Below are positions 37,213 to 49,865 of a stretch of 64,000 nt of DNA, piece after piece. Numbering within the stretch: the first letter of the stretch is position 1; each line of letters opens with the position of its first letter. This stretch comes from Callorhinchus milii. Lineage: Eukaryota. The stretch covers positions 46,006,001-46,070,000 of the forward strand of contig NW_024704743.1 of NCBI RefSeq assembly GCF_018977255.1, in the 5' to 3' direction. The notes beneath the pieces were generated by a model. It was not told the origin of the DNA. It saw only the letters and a program-made list of their open reading frames with translations, and searched no databases. The translations under genes and the position numbers were made by a program.

Positions 37213-38974
37213 TTGGTTTTTAAATGGTATACACGTTCAGGTGCACTTTCAAGATTGCTGATGCTATCTGAGGAAGTTTTGCCCCCAGTTCTGGCCAATG
37301 ATCCAACAGCTAAATTGGTCGTACATTTCATGGTTGTAGGTGGAACCTTGCTCCATGTGAAAAAAAAGTGTTGCATTCATAGTCACTACACTTGACAGCA
37401 ATTACCTGTGAAGCACTTTGAGGTATCGAACATTCCAAGCAGTATCCCAAATGCCAGGATTATTTATTTAAATAAGTTTGCACCAAAGCAATTTTACAGT
37501 TACCTTCATGTTTGCGGTAGAAAATTATACTGTGACCTAATATTTGACCTGTGGTTTGTATGGAGATGCATCAAATTCAAAATTACTCCTATGGGTGTCA
37601 GAGAAAATTGTGGAAACAAAAGAAGTTGTAAATTAGATTTTTCATTTTGATGACTTAAGGACATAAGTCAGAAATGAACTATTAAATGCTACTACTTTTT
37701 AGATTTGAGGGATATATTGGGTTTGATTTTATTATTACAGGTCAATTCTGCTCTAAAGGTAACTGTGAAAACAGCGGGCCGCAAAATAAATCCAAAACCA
37801 ATTCAGTCGTTAGCAGGAAATGGAATGTTTCAGTGTTACATTAATATGTAAATTTGTTTCTGCAACTCTTTTGCTCCAGTGGTATTGGAATAACTCAAGA
37901 ATCTCTTTGAGATGGGGTGGTGAGAGTGGTGTGGGTCTGAAAGCTCCAGACATCTTAGATTTACTGAATTTCCAACCCTCGGTCTCTCCTCAAAGGTTGG
38001 AGGTAAAGAATTGAAATGGGCAAAAGGTGTTTGAGCTTGTCTGTGAGTTGAAATTAAAACATTTTCTTGCTATCAGAAGAGGAGGTAAGAGAACGGAATG
38101 AAAATGAGCAAACAAATAAATATCATGACAAATAAATATCAACAAATAAATACTATTAGACCACAATTTTCTCTAATACCCATAGATATTAGGTACCAAA
38201 ACAAATATCATAGTGGTAATATAAAGGAATTGCTTCACTATCTATCAGGTATTGATACTGTACTGGTGCTGCAGGGTTGTATATGGCACTATGGGCCACA
38301 AAATTCTTCAAACGTCACTTCAATAGTTTCTTTTCTTCACAATCTTTGCCTCGTTGTAAAAATGTTGCAGAGAGCTTTTGCGTTACAGGGCAATTAAAAT
38401 ATGACAACAGAGAGTCAAATCCCAGGAATATTGAAACCAATGCATAAAGTGTTAATGTGATCATGTTTAAACTTTTCCAACAAATGCAGTGTTCTGAGAA
38501 GGGAATTTGGAAGGAGCAGGTGCATTTTTGCAGTCTGAGCAAAACATTCAATGGGAGAGGGAGATGGTGAAAGAAAAGAGCATTGCAATAACCATTTAAC
38601 GCAACTTAGGTGGAGCAACAGACTAGTTGATCACAGCAATACTGCAGAGGATGGGAGATGGTGGGGTTAGGAACAGAATTGCGATGTTTTGCATGTTTGA
38701 TTTATGTGTATGCTTTTTATAGTCATCACTATATGCACAGTGTATTGGACCTGTAGAACAGACAATTCATAGTAGAAGAGTTTCTTTCTTCCTCAGAGAT
38801 GAAAACAGACACTATTTCACATCATAATCCATTTTCAATGATTGTACTGTGTATTTCACATTTTTAAGTGTCGGAATTTCATCAAGTGTTGCATAATAAC
38901 CTGCACATTTGCCTTCAAACTGTTATTCTCAGCGTTCACCTGTAGGGAAGCAGGTTTTTTTTCTACACAATGAT

Positions 38975-40113
38975 TTTACCATTCTGTCCCCTCCATCCTC
39001 CTCCAGCGCCTCTCCTCTCACCTCAACCTTCAAGATTCTGTCCTTGAATGGTTCAGGTCTTATCTCTCACATCGTCTCCAATTTGTCTCCGCCAACGGTT
39101 TCTCTTCCAGCCACCGCACAGTCTTGTGTGGTGTTCCTCAGGGCTCTGTCCTTGGTCCCCCTCCTCTTCAACCTCTATATTCTCCCCCTTGGTGACATCA
39201 TCCGCATCATGGGGTCAACTTCCACATGTCCTCAGATAACACCCAACTCTATCTCTTTGCCTCCATCCTCGATTCCAGGACAACTAACGTCCTGACAGAC
39301 TGTCTGTCTGACATCAAGTCCTGGATGAGAGCAAACTTTCTACAGCTGAATGTCAGCAAGACCGAGGCCCTCCTGATTGGCTCGCGCCAGCGCCTCCGCA
39401 CATCAGACACTGGCAGCATCAGCATCCACAGATGCACACGCCACCTCACTAAGCCAGTCAGGAACCTGGGCATCTTGTTCAACCCTCAACTGTCCTTTCT
39501 CCTCCATATCCGTGCCATGACCCGCTCTGCTTTCCCCCACCTCCACAACATTGCCCATCTCCGCTACTGTCTCACCCCTCAGATCATCCAGAATTCTGCA
39601 GCTCGTGTCCTCTCCCGCACCAAACTCCGTGACCCTATCACCCCCACCCTCGCCCGCTCCACTGGTTTCCCATCCCTCAGACGATAGAATTCAAAATCCT
39701 CATCCTCACTTTCAAGGCCCTCCATGGCCTTGCCCCCTCCTACATCTCTGACCTGCTGACCCCCTATTAATCTGCCCACTCCCACCGCTCAGCAGGCTCT
39801 GGCCTGCTCCACGTCTGCCACCTGACCTGCCCTGCCATTGGCGTCCGGGCTTTCAGCCTCTCTTCTCCCCCACCCTCTGGAACTCCATCCCACAATCCCT
39901 TCGCCTTGCTCCCTCCCTTGCCTCCTTCAAGGCACGACTTAAGACCCTCCTTTTCGATCGTGCCTTCAGCCGCCCTCTTACCTCTTTGCCCTCCCTCATG
40001 CTAACTCTGCCCCCCTCCCCCCACGTTTGGGTCCTGATCCCCAACGGTTCAGCGCCTTGGGATGTCATCCCGATGTGAAAGGTGCTTTACAAATGTAACT
40101 TGGTTGTTGTTGT
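38975..40113 (+). mobile_element. L2 LINE fragment (RT domain to tail)
   Basis: [16 protein letters not shown]...GVNFHMSSDNTQLY...DIKSWMRANFLQLNVSKTE; frameshifted. Confidence 0.92.
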
Positions 40114-41416
40114 GAATTCCATTGCAAGCCTACTGTTCCTTGTGCACCTTCAGTTGACTTTAATTCTTCCACTTTATCTTAAAGAAAAAGTGGCTTGATG
40201 CTGTGTGAGTATTTTCCTCTATTGAGAGAAAGTATGGGCCTGAAATTCCTTCATAAAGATTATGGCATCAGTAATGGAAATTAGAAAGTAAAATAAAGTA
40301 CAAGTTTTAAAATCATAATAACTTTTTTTTAGTTTTTTTTACTTTAATAAATCAACATAAAAATGTGAAACTTTTAGTTGGCTCTCATTAATAAATCACC
40401 ATCAGTTTGTTTGTTTATTTTGTTATTTCCGTTGAACACTAGTGCTGATTTATGGTTAATCTTTCTTGATCTAAACTCACTACATTCTGCTACAGAATGG
40501 ACCGACATGACTGATTAATTTGGATAGCTCTTTTCAAAGAGTCGGCACAGACACGATGGGCCAAATGGCCTCCTTTTGTGCTGTATAATTCTAAGATAGG
40601 TTGGACAGCAGGTAGGATGGGGTATATTTCAGTGTTTTCAGCTATTACTTCCTCCAGCCCTAATTGTCTGTCACTTACATCAAAGTTAGTGTGTCCACCT
40701 TATCTAATCTACCTCTGCAGTTAGCTTTGAGAGACTGTCTACTTCTATTCAATAACACCTTCAACAACAACAGCTTGCATTTATATAGTGCCCTTCAAGT
40801 AGGATGTTTCAGAGCACTGAACCAATCTATTCTTGACCCTGAGAAGCCATTGGTGCAAAAGTAAGAGTTTGAACTACTAGTATATTCCCTTATTGATAAC
40901 AGTCTTTCTCTGAACAATAAAAATCTAATTTACAACATATGCAGGTTACAAGTTCACATTTGCTGGCCAGCTTCTGCCTTTATAATAATAATCCTAGTTT
41001 GCAAAAGAAGAGATTTTAAAGATTTGTTTGAGAAAACATCAGCTCCTCTGAAAACTCCGGTAGTAGAAAATTTGCTTTGATAGAAGCAGGTCTTTAAAAT
41101 GCCTCAACAGCAAACGTGTCAAATCCTTTCCTGGATCTCGTGGCTTTCCTGCTAGAATCAATACAAAGGATATTCAAGATGTGTGAAGTTATTTAGCTTC
41201 TAAGAGGTACATAGTGATTCAATTTGTTTTTTATTATGTGTTGGACCTGTGGAAGCATTGAATATCCTCAACACCCGATTGATGAAGAAGATGAGGAATC
41301 TGTTGGTATCCACTTTCTTCAGGGAACTTCTTCACCGTTGCTGAGTCAATACTTCCCAACTGCCAGACTCCTGGCAGCTGGAAGTTGAAATGATTTCCTT
41401 TTACCTAACTATCTCT

Positions 41417-41446
41417 GTGCCATCTGGTAGTGCTCACAACAGCAGG
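41417..41446 (-). promoter_or_regulatory. CTCF-like motif with possible upstream module
   Basis: Minus strand CTGCTGTTGTGAGCA-CTACCAGATGGCAC; one mismatch to the core. Confidence 0.35.
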
Positions 41447-41809
41447 ACCCAACAATCAGAGGCAAACAGCTGCGTTCAACAACAGCACTCAAAATGGATG
41501 GGCCTCTGTTGAAGATACAGGGGAGCAGTCAGCGCATTCCTCAGCCGCATGGAGGAAGCTGAAGTGTACATTACTGCATTCTTGACCCAAGTCCACGCAA
41601 ACGACTGTTTCCGACCTTCTTCAATACAAGCTACAACCTGAAGCTGGCAATGAATACAAATAAGACTCCTACACATACCGGGTGCGCTTCTTCAGTTTGA
41701 CTTATAACCAGTTCATAAATATATAAATACTTAAACAGATAGGTGGCAGTACTTGAAAGATTACCCCTCAGTTGTTTGTGAATGTAAATAAACTTCACGT
41801 TTGAGGAAC

Positions 41810-42218
41810 TGGAGTCCTGCAGTTTAGTAGTTAGACCACTCGCCTCGCAAGCAAGAGGACTTGGGTTAGATTCTCGGGCAGGGCAAAACATTGGGTTAGA
41901 TTCCTGGGCAAGGAGAAACGTTGACCAAGTTCCCTTACTCCACACGCCTCTGTTTACCTAGCAATAAGTAGAATCCTGGTTGTTAGTCAATTGGTGGAGC
42001 ACTTTCTGGGGGTAATAATTCCTTCAAAAAAGTAACAATAATAATTTTGTCACTCAATCCATGACTGTTTATGGGACATTGCGGTGTGAAATTGGCTGCC
42101 GCGTTTCGCCCACAAAATATAGTCAATTCACTTTACAGCATATTCTGTGAAGCGCTTGGAGACTTCTTGAAGATGTGATAAGGTGCTATATCAAATGCAA
42201 GGATTATTGTTATTATTA
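41810..42218 (+). mobile_element. tRNA-headed SINE with a duplicated B-box segment
   Basis: GGGTTAGATTC...GGGCA...AAAC occurs twice in tandem after the head. Confidence 0.88.
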
Positions 42219-42754
42219 TAACTGCTGCTGGTCACAGGTAATACTGCACATTATTATGCAAGTGTGATGGTGATCCTAAAATGATTGTTGTAAGGCTACC
42301 ATTAGTTTTTTTTTAGATGTTTTTTTGCCGTTTTTGGAACCATAGCTATGAACTTGTGTGACATTTATACACTTGGCTATGTCGTAATCATGTGGAATAA
42401 AATGTTAGTAATGGCATAATTATTTTTTGCATTCATTTAGCTAATAATGTATTGTCTTTGCAACATGTTTTCAAGTTCAACAACCTTTTACAAAGTGGAA
42501 GACATTTTGTATGTTGTTTACATTTACATATCAGATTTATGCAAATTACATACATTCATTTTTTCTGTTCTTTTCAATAATGACATTTGTCGAAATGTTG
42601 TGCTTTTAAAAGATTATCATGTCTTGTGGTCTGACATGCAATAAAGTACTTCTGACCTCACAGGCTATGTGCAAATCCTTCCAGTGATTATGTACTGGTT
42701 CAGAGCTACTGTGTGGGAGTTTGACTTGGTTCTTGTATGTTCTTGTGACACAAT

Positions 42755-43170
42755 AATAATAATCAGCTGTAACAAACAAGGTATTATCATAAAGAATCAA
42801 ATAGGTTATACACATAGTATTATTGATGTGGCTATCACATGTGATTATAATGTGAAAAATAAGGAACTAAATAAATATATCGATCTACAAATTGAATGTG
42901 GACATATGTGGCAATGTAAAACAAACATTGTTCCTATAATCATTGGTGCAACTGGAACTGCCAGTAAGACTATTTAAAAATGACTTTTACAAAATACCCG
43001 GTGAACAAAATGTCAACCTCCTGCAAAAAGTAGCCATTTTAGGAAGCTCAAATTTATTAAGAAAAGTAACATCCATTCATATGTAAAGTGGCAGTGTTAT
43101 TGGTCTGGCTGACCCATCACCAAAAAACATTTAAAAGTTACCTCTACAGAGTGACTTAAATTGTAATAAT
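42755..43170 (+). mobile_element. 3' end of an R4/Dong-clade (restriction-like endonuclease) non-LTR retrotransposon
   Basis: ISCNKQGIIIKNQ...IIDVAITCDYNVKNKELNKYIDLQIECGHMWQCKTNIVPIIIGATGT...LQKVAILGSSNLLRKV matches the R4-type RLE C-terminus pattern (N.PD...IIDVA.P.D.N...KE..KY.DL...W....VPI.IGA.G...LQK..ILG). Confidence 0.8.
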
Positions 43171-43734
43171 AATATTAATCCTTGCATTTGATATAGAGCC
43201 TTTCATGTCAAGACGTCTCATAGCGCTTCACAGGATATACTGTAAACTGGATTGATTGTATTTTGTGAGCGAAACAATCTGCAAGATAAAGGAGACATTA
43301 CCAGCTGGCATGTTTTTGAAGGCAACAGAGCATAGCCAGATTGAAATAATTTGCTTGTTAATGGTCAGGTTGAATGATTCTGTGCCTCTGCCTTGAGGAG
43401 CTTCACTTTCTTGCATGGCAAGTAGGTGACAGTACGTCATTAATCTTGTTAACTGGGCTGTCAGAAGGCCCCTCACATGTCAGGCTGTGATTAGTTGTAC
43501 TACCTCACACTTGCTGTAAATTTCTAAACTTACTCTCTTGGAATATTTGAACACAAATGAAATGGCATAAAAGACACCCACAAAGTAGAATTAAGAATTA
43601 ACTTTCAAATTTTGATTCCTGTAATTCGCCCCCCTGCCCCATCCACCCAAATTGGAGACTGAGTCATTCAGTCCTACTCTTGCCTACCTTGTATCCTCAG
43701 CAAACATCAGCATATTATACAAAATAATATAACC

Positions 43735-44036
43735 ATAATCCTTGCATTTGATCTCGCGCTTTTCATGTCTTCTAGATATCTTAAAGCGCTTCACAGAATA
43801 GACTGTAAAGTGAATTGACTGTATTTTTTGTGGGCGAAATGCAGCAGCCAATTGCACACAGCAGTGTCCCACAGACAGTCATGGTTTGAAGTGACCAATT
43901 TATTATTTTTTTCTTGAGGGATTATTATTAGGAGTGTGGAGTAAGGAAACTTGCCCAAGGTTTCACCCTGCCGGGAATCGAGCCCAGGTTTCTCACATGC
44001 AAAGCGAGTGCTCTAACCACTGAGCTATAGGATTCC
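43735..44036 (-). mobile_element. tRNA-headed SINE
   Basis: Full head-body-tail on the minus strand. Confidence 0.9.
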
Positions 44037-45086
44037 ACAAAAGAAAAGATATTTCATGTCTCCATCTTCCCCCAATTTCTCAGAACTCCTTCGCCCCTGC
44101 CCCAGCTTGGGCTCACATGAAGAACTTTGTGATATCCTTCAACCATGAACGAAATTGACGCTTTAGAAATGTAATTTAGCAACTGTTGTTCTTGTGTCTA
44201 GTCTCGAGCTTCATCAGCAACTGGAACAGATTACTCACCTAAATTCTTTGCCAAGCTGGGGAAGCTCCAAAGACGAGTCATAAATAAAGTCCAATAATTG
44301 TGACAGGAACATTAACATTTACAAAAATTCTTATTTCATACAAAACATCTTAAATAAAGGAATAGTCACACATATAAATTAAGAGAGCCCTATTTTGAAA
44401 TCAAGAATTAAATCATGCAAAGTTGAGAATCCGGCAGCTGGAATTGCTTTGGCTTTCTCAAGGTTGGAATTGTAACATTAATTTTAGAGGATTTCAAGTT
44501 GTTAGCCTGAAGCATTGATATTTTCTTGTATATATTTATTGCTTCTCATATTTCTCCTCTTCTGAATAGCTGGCTGAAGGAGACTCAGGCATCAGAGCAC
44601 TGAAATTCCAATTTGTGTTATAATAATAATTCTTGCATTTGATGTAGCACCTTATCACGTCTTTTAGACATCTCAAAGTGCTTCACGGAACATACTGCAA
44701 AGTGTAGTGACTGAATTTTGTGGGTGAGACGGTATATTTTGTATTGTATGACCTCAAATTGACAATGTTGACCTCCACTGAGATTTCTTTATTATAACCA
44801 GGCATCAGCATCAATGTCGCTACATGTAATGATGAGCAAAATTTCATCCTTCAGAAGTTGTTTTTTTCTTAATCGTTGTCACTAGGTTGATATATCAAGA
44901 CTACTGACATTACAATTGTACGCGATTGAATCAATCTTGCTTTGTATTCTGGGTTTGGTTACGATTGATTGTTCCACAGATATGATTAATCTTCACCATT
45001 AATATTTCTTGCATTCTAAGAATAGAACTTGGTTAGTTGCATTTGTAAAATTCAATAATTTAAATTACTCACTTTACTTTTTACAG

Positions 45087-45249
45087 CTGGCCTTCAATCC
45101 TTTGTCCAGATCCTTATACTGGAGAATATGTGAATTATGATGAAGATGGTGATGTAGAAGGATATCATACAGAATTCCTAGGAAATCCACATACTAGAAC
45201 TTGGATTGCAGTAAGACATATTGAGTCCTATCAGCCAATGACTTTCACG
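45087..45249 (+). CDS. ZCWPW2: ZCWPW2 coding exon (PWWP domain)
   Basis: ctttttacag|(S)WPSILCPDPYTGEYVNYDEDGDVEGYHTEFLGNPHTRTWIAVRHIESYQPMTFT|gtaagc; phase 2-0; completes the WPSWP motif and the YHxEFLGxPHxRxW strand typical of the ZCWPW PWWP domain. Confidence 0.93.
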
Positions 45250-45899
45250 GTAAGCAAATTCCTGTTATGAATGAATATGCGAAAGATTAATTTAGCTACA
45301 AAATTTTGTTCTCCTTTCAATTATCAGGTATGGTTTTAAATACAACCTATCTTGAACCCAGAATGTAACATATTGAAAATTGGAATTTAGAAGTAAAATA
45401 TTTTAAAAATTCAGCACGTTTCTTGTAAAGGCAAAAGTCCTCTGTTGTAATTTTAATGTGATGAATTCTAGAAGCATTACATCTTATACAGTCATTTTCA
45501 AATGTTGTTCGAAGTTCTTTGATTCTCCACATTGATACATTTTCAAATACTGTGTCACCTGGCAGACCTGAAGTGCTCGCAGTGGATATCATTGGATCTT
45601 TGTGTTACTTGACATTTAGAAGAAGATTAAAATGATGACTTTCAGAATGGTTCATTGGGTTAATCAAAACATATAGATTTTATATGTGCCTGTATGTACA
45701 TGGAGTAAAGCCGAGTGTTAAAGGAATACTGCAAACAATAAATATTTTCTAATTATTTCAAACATAATCTGTGCTGTTGTACCTGCAAATAGCCTTAAAC
45801 TGTTATATTGTAGTCAGATGACTATGATACTGACAGTAGTATTACAAACAAACATGTAGCAATAGCCCAAGGTATTTATATATTAAGGCAGCATCATTC

Positions 45900-46340
45900 A
45901 TCAGGAACAAAGCTGATCCCTAGTATTAGAGGGATGAACTTGGAAGATTGACTAGATAAGCTGGGGTTCTTGACCTTGAACGTCTCAGAGGGGACCTAAT
46001 AGAGATATATAAGATATTAAATAGGATTACAAAGGTAAACATAAAACAACATTTTTAGATTTTTCAAGGTGATCGACAAGAGGGCATGGGTTTCAGAGGA
46101 AGGAAAAGCAATTTTACAACAGAAGATTTAAGAAGGTTTAATTTTTAAGACAGAGGGTATTTCTGTACAGAGAAGGTAATAAACAGCTGGAATAGATTAC
46201 CAGGATGGGTGTTTGAGAGGTCAGGGCAATAAACATATTTTAAGAAAGAATTGGTTGCTGTAATAGAGAGAAGGTAGGGTGGGTATTCCAGAAACATAAA
46301 ATCAAATGGCCTGATTCACCTTTTTCCTCTGAACATGAAT
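45900..46340 (+). mobile_element. CR1 3' fragment
   Basis: RLDKLGFLTLERLRGDLIEIYKIL...EKVINSWNRLP. Confidence 0.75.
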
Positions 46341-46444
46341 ATACACAGTTTTATTTATGTAATATATGATTGAAAAGCATATATAAGATGGACACTCATG
46401 AAAATTAGGGTTTGAAAGAGGGGTTTCATGGTAGAATGATATAA

Positions 46445-46860
46445 AGTAATAATAATAATTCTTGCATTTGGTATAGCATCTTTCAAGACGGGAGAATGCC
46501 CCAAAGTGCTTCACATGATTTACTGTGAAGTGGAGTGACTGTGTATTTGTTGCACAGCAATGACCAATAAACAGTCATGAAGTGAATGCCCACATTTTCT
46601 TTGAGATATTGTTGGTGAGGACATCGGGAGATTCTCCCTTCTCTTGTCAAATAGTGTTACGGGATCTTTAACGTCTGCCTGAAAATGCAGATGGGACCTT
46701 GGTTGAATTTCTCATCTGAAGAATGGCACCTCTGACAATGCAACACCCTGTCAGCCATGCATTTCAGCATCATCTTAGACGATTTAAGTTCAGGTCCTCA
46801 CTTGTGGTTTAAACCTTCTGACTTAGAGGAGAGAGTGCTACCATTGAGCCAGGCTGATAC
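46445..46860 (-). mobile_element. Deu-domain SINE (SacSINE1/AmnSINE1-like), diverged
   Basis: Minus strand reads a tRNA-like head, then GGCTGACA...TTGTCAGAGGTGCCATTCTTCAGATGAGA...GACGTTAAAGATCCC, which matches the Deu core as I recall it, then an L2-type tail. Confidence 0.75.
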
Positions 46861-47214
46861 ACTAAAGTGAGAGTAGGATGAAGAGATTTTGGAAAAGAGT
46901 TCCAAAAGCTGAACATTCAGCCAACAGTGAAGGAGCGAGTGATTTCAATGTAAATCAAAAGAACAAAGTATAAACAGGAGAATATGCCTGGGACAAATTA
47001 CACAGATACGGAAGGAGAGACTGTGAAGGCATTGAAGGGAAGAATAATCATCTTAAAGATCCCAGTGGGGTCTAGGAGCCAGGGGAGTCTGCAAAAGCTC
47101 ACATAAAGCTGTGTGACAAAGTACCCCAGAAAATGTCTTGTGACCTTGGAACCATACTGTGCATGAGTACAGTGACTTTGACTGTTCTGATCCATTCACA
47201 TCTTGGTCAAATCC

Positions 47215-47750
47215 CATCTGGAGGGACGTAGGTAGATTAAGTGAGTGGGCAAAACTGTGGCAGATGGAATTCAATGTGGGGAAGTGTGAGATCATCCATT
47301 ATGGATCCAAAAATAGGAAAACAGAATATTTTTTAAATGGTGAGAAGCTAAGAATTGTGGAAGAGCAAAGAGATTTGGGTATCCACGTACACAAATCACT
47401 AAACACAAGCTCACAGATACAAAATGTTATCAAAAAGGCTAATGGGATGTTGGCCTTTATCTCAACGGGGGTTGGCTTATAAAGTAGAGGAAATGATGCT
47501 TGAATTATATAAAGCCTTGGTCAACTCCATCTGGAGACTGTGTTCAGTTTTGGGCACTGCACCGTTTCATAAACTTAGTCTCTATTCCCTTGAGTTTAGA
47601 AGGTTGAGGGGTGATCTGACTGAGTTTTTTAATACGGGGAGATACGGGGCAAGAGCGGGTAATTGGACTTGACGTACAGATTAGATATGATCTTATAGAA
47701 TGGCGGACCAGGCTTGAGGGGCTGAATGGTCCACTCCTATCTCAATGTTT
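47215..47750 (+). mobile_element. CR1 fragment
   Basis: RLSEWAKLWQMEFNVGKCEIIHYG...EEQRDLGIHV...KKANGMLAFI; LYSLEFRRLRGDL; CR1-type tail. Confidence 0.88.
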
Positions 47751-48502
47751 CGATAGAGGGAACACATTGGAGAGCAATAAATGGTAATATATCCTTCAGG
47801 TAATAAATATTTACTTTAATATTTCACAGAAATGTGCAGCTTCGTAATTTTACCTTGGGTGCAAATAAAGATAAATTCCATCATCACTTCTCAGAATGGA
47901 GAGATCCCAGGGCTTTGCTAAAGCTTATGGATAAATAAATAATAGAAAATAAACATTCAAAATAATAAACAGTTTGAAGTGAAAAGTATTGGTTTTCTGA
48001 CACTTTAAAAATAACGTTACAATTGCAACCCCCATTTTCGGTACAGTGAATTTTACTTCACAGCATGAATGATTTTGTGTGCACAAAACTAATCTGTTTT
48101 GTTGATAAATTGTTAATAAATAACTCCAATTCCCTGTGTCATTCATAAATTTGAATAGTGACAGCTGGAAATGCTGTTATATGGATTTGCTAATGTAAGA
48201 TTAGTAAAGAAACTGACCATTCTTCTTTCATCAGTTTTTCTTATTTGGGTTTCCATTTGTTACATTCATGGATTTGACCAAAATATTTTAATCAACAAAC
48301 ACCACTTGTGGAAATGACTGGAAAAAAGGAAATGAAATTGAGTATATAAGTGGAATGCCAGTTTTCATTCCTTTTCTTTCATTAGTGCACAGAAGGCCCA
48401 CAATTTTCTACATTTTTGCTTAAATTCCTCGCCATTCTCCTACTGAAAGGCTTTCATCTTCAGTCAAAGTGAGAATATGCAATAATAATAAAACAATCCT
48501 TG

Positions 48503-48811
48503 AGCTCAGTGGTTAGAGCACTCGCCTTGCAAGTGAGACACCTGGGTTCAATTCCAGGCAGGGCGAAACCTTGGGCAAGTTTTCTTACTCCACACGCCTA
48601 ATAATAATCCCTCCAAAAAAACAAAAACAACAAAAAATTGGTCATTTTCAATCCACGACTGTTTGGGGGACACTGCTCTGCGCAATTGGCTGCCGCGTTT
48701 CGCCCACACATATACAGTCAATTCACTTTACAGCATATTCTGTGAAGCGCTTTGAGACATCTAGAAGACATGAAAAGCGCTATATCAAATGCAAAGATTA
48801 TTATTATTATT
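48503..48811 (+). mobile_element. tRNA-headed SINE inserted into an older minus-strand SINE tail (48481-48502 and 48812-48886)
   Basis: The flanks rejoin as AATAATAAT..ATCCTTG(C)ATTTGATATA..GCCTTATCAC, the minus-strand SINE tail. Confidence 0.85.
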
Positions 48812-49201
48812 ATTTGATATACCGCCTTATCACACTGTCGAGATGTCTCTAAGCGCTTCACAGAACATACTGCAGAGTCAATTGACCATGTACAAAATCC
48901 AAACTCCAAACGCTTGTAGACTGATCAGTTTCATTGTTGAACAAGAGCTTCACAAACCCCCGTGAAGGGTGTAATATAAATGCAAGTTGTTGTTGAATTA
49001 TTGCATCCAAAACACTGCAATATTGCCATATGATTTTGATTTGATTTCTATCTCTTGTTTTAGATATTTTAAATAGTTCAATTGTTTAATTCCATTTTCC
49101 TCTGATTTGATTAGGGTGCCACAGATTTATGTTGTTGGTGGATTCAGTTGTAACATGATGAATTGGTATGATCTTTGTACTGAATCCTTTATGTTTTACA
49201 G

Positions 49202-49316
49202 TCTGAAGATTTCAACAAAAGAAAAAAATTGTATGAAAGTGCAATTGAAGAAGCAAAAATGTTGGCGGGAATCAATTCTAAAGAAAGACTTGGTCAGTGC
49301 CAGTTGACTCATGAAG
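49202..49316 (+). CDS. ZCWPW2: ZCWPW2 coding exon (PWWP C-terminal helices)
   Basis: tgttttacag|SEDFNKRKKLYESAIEEAKMLAGINSKERLGQCQLTHE+G|gtatat; phase 0-1; KKxYxSAxxEA...RL helix pattern. Confidence 0.88.
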
Positions 49317-49415
49317 GTATATTCCAAATTGCTTTGATATTCATCAATTAAGTTTGATTATTTATTAATTGAGATTTTATTTGGGATTTTCTGTACTGTT
49401 TTGCCAGTAATTCTG

Positions 49416-49673
49416 CTCCTGTGGAACAGAAAAGCAAAAGTTTGCTTAATCTTAATATTCAGTATGAATACAAACAGTGAAAGTATGGCTTTATCATCCT
49501 TCCGGATTTTTGGCTTCTAAGCAGGAGGTGTCAGAAAACTTACCACAGGGATAACTTGCTTGTGGCGGCCAAGCATTCATATTGATGTCACCTTTTTGAT
49601 ACTTCGATATTGACTCTTCCTAACACTGTGAAGCAGAGTTCACCAAGCGTTGGATTGTTCACCCACTAGTAGG
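49416..49673 (+). pseudogene. Decayed 28S (LSU) rRNA fragment, domain V / peptidyl-transferase region
   Basis: GCAGGAGGTGTCAGAAAAcTTACCACAGGGATAACTtGCTTGTGGCGGCCAAGC...TTCACCAAGCGTTGGATTGTTCACCCACTAgTAGG follows the conserved eukaryotic LSU sequence with many substitutions; no flanking rDNA. Confidence 0.92.
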
Positions 49674-49865
49674 TTATGTAAGTTACAGGAAGACTGAAAT
49701 GAAAATATACAACAATGACAACATGAACTTATATAGCGCCCTTTATGCTTCTCGGAGTACTTAACAGCAATGTGGTTTGATGCCGAGCTGGAAAGAGAAG
49801 GGAGGTGACTGAAGCCATAGTCGAAGAGTAAAGTCCTGTAAAACATAAACATCATTGTCTGAGGC

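Noticed and set aside
41230..41680. Possible decayed DNA transposase fragment
   Set aside because: Only a vague ILDP-like word; no convincing motif series in any frame.
49416..49673. Functional 28S rRNA gene
   Set aside because: Only about 260 bp, with many substitutions at conserved positions and no rDNA unit around it.
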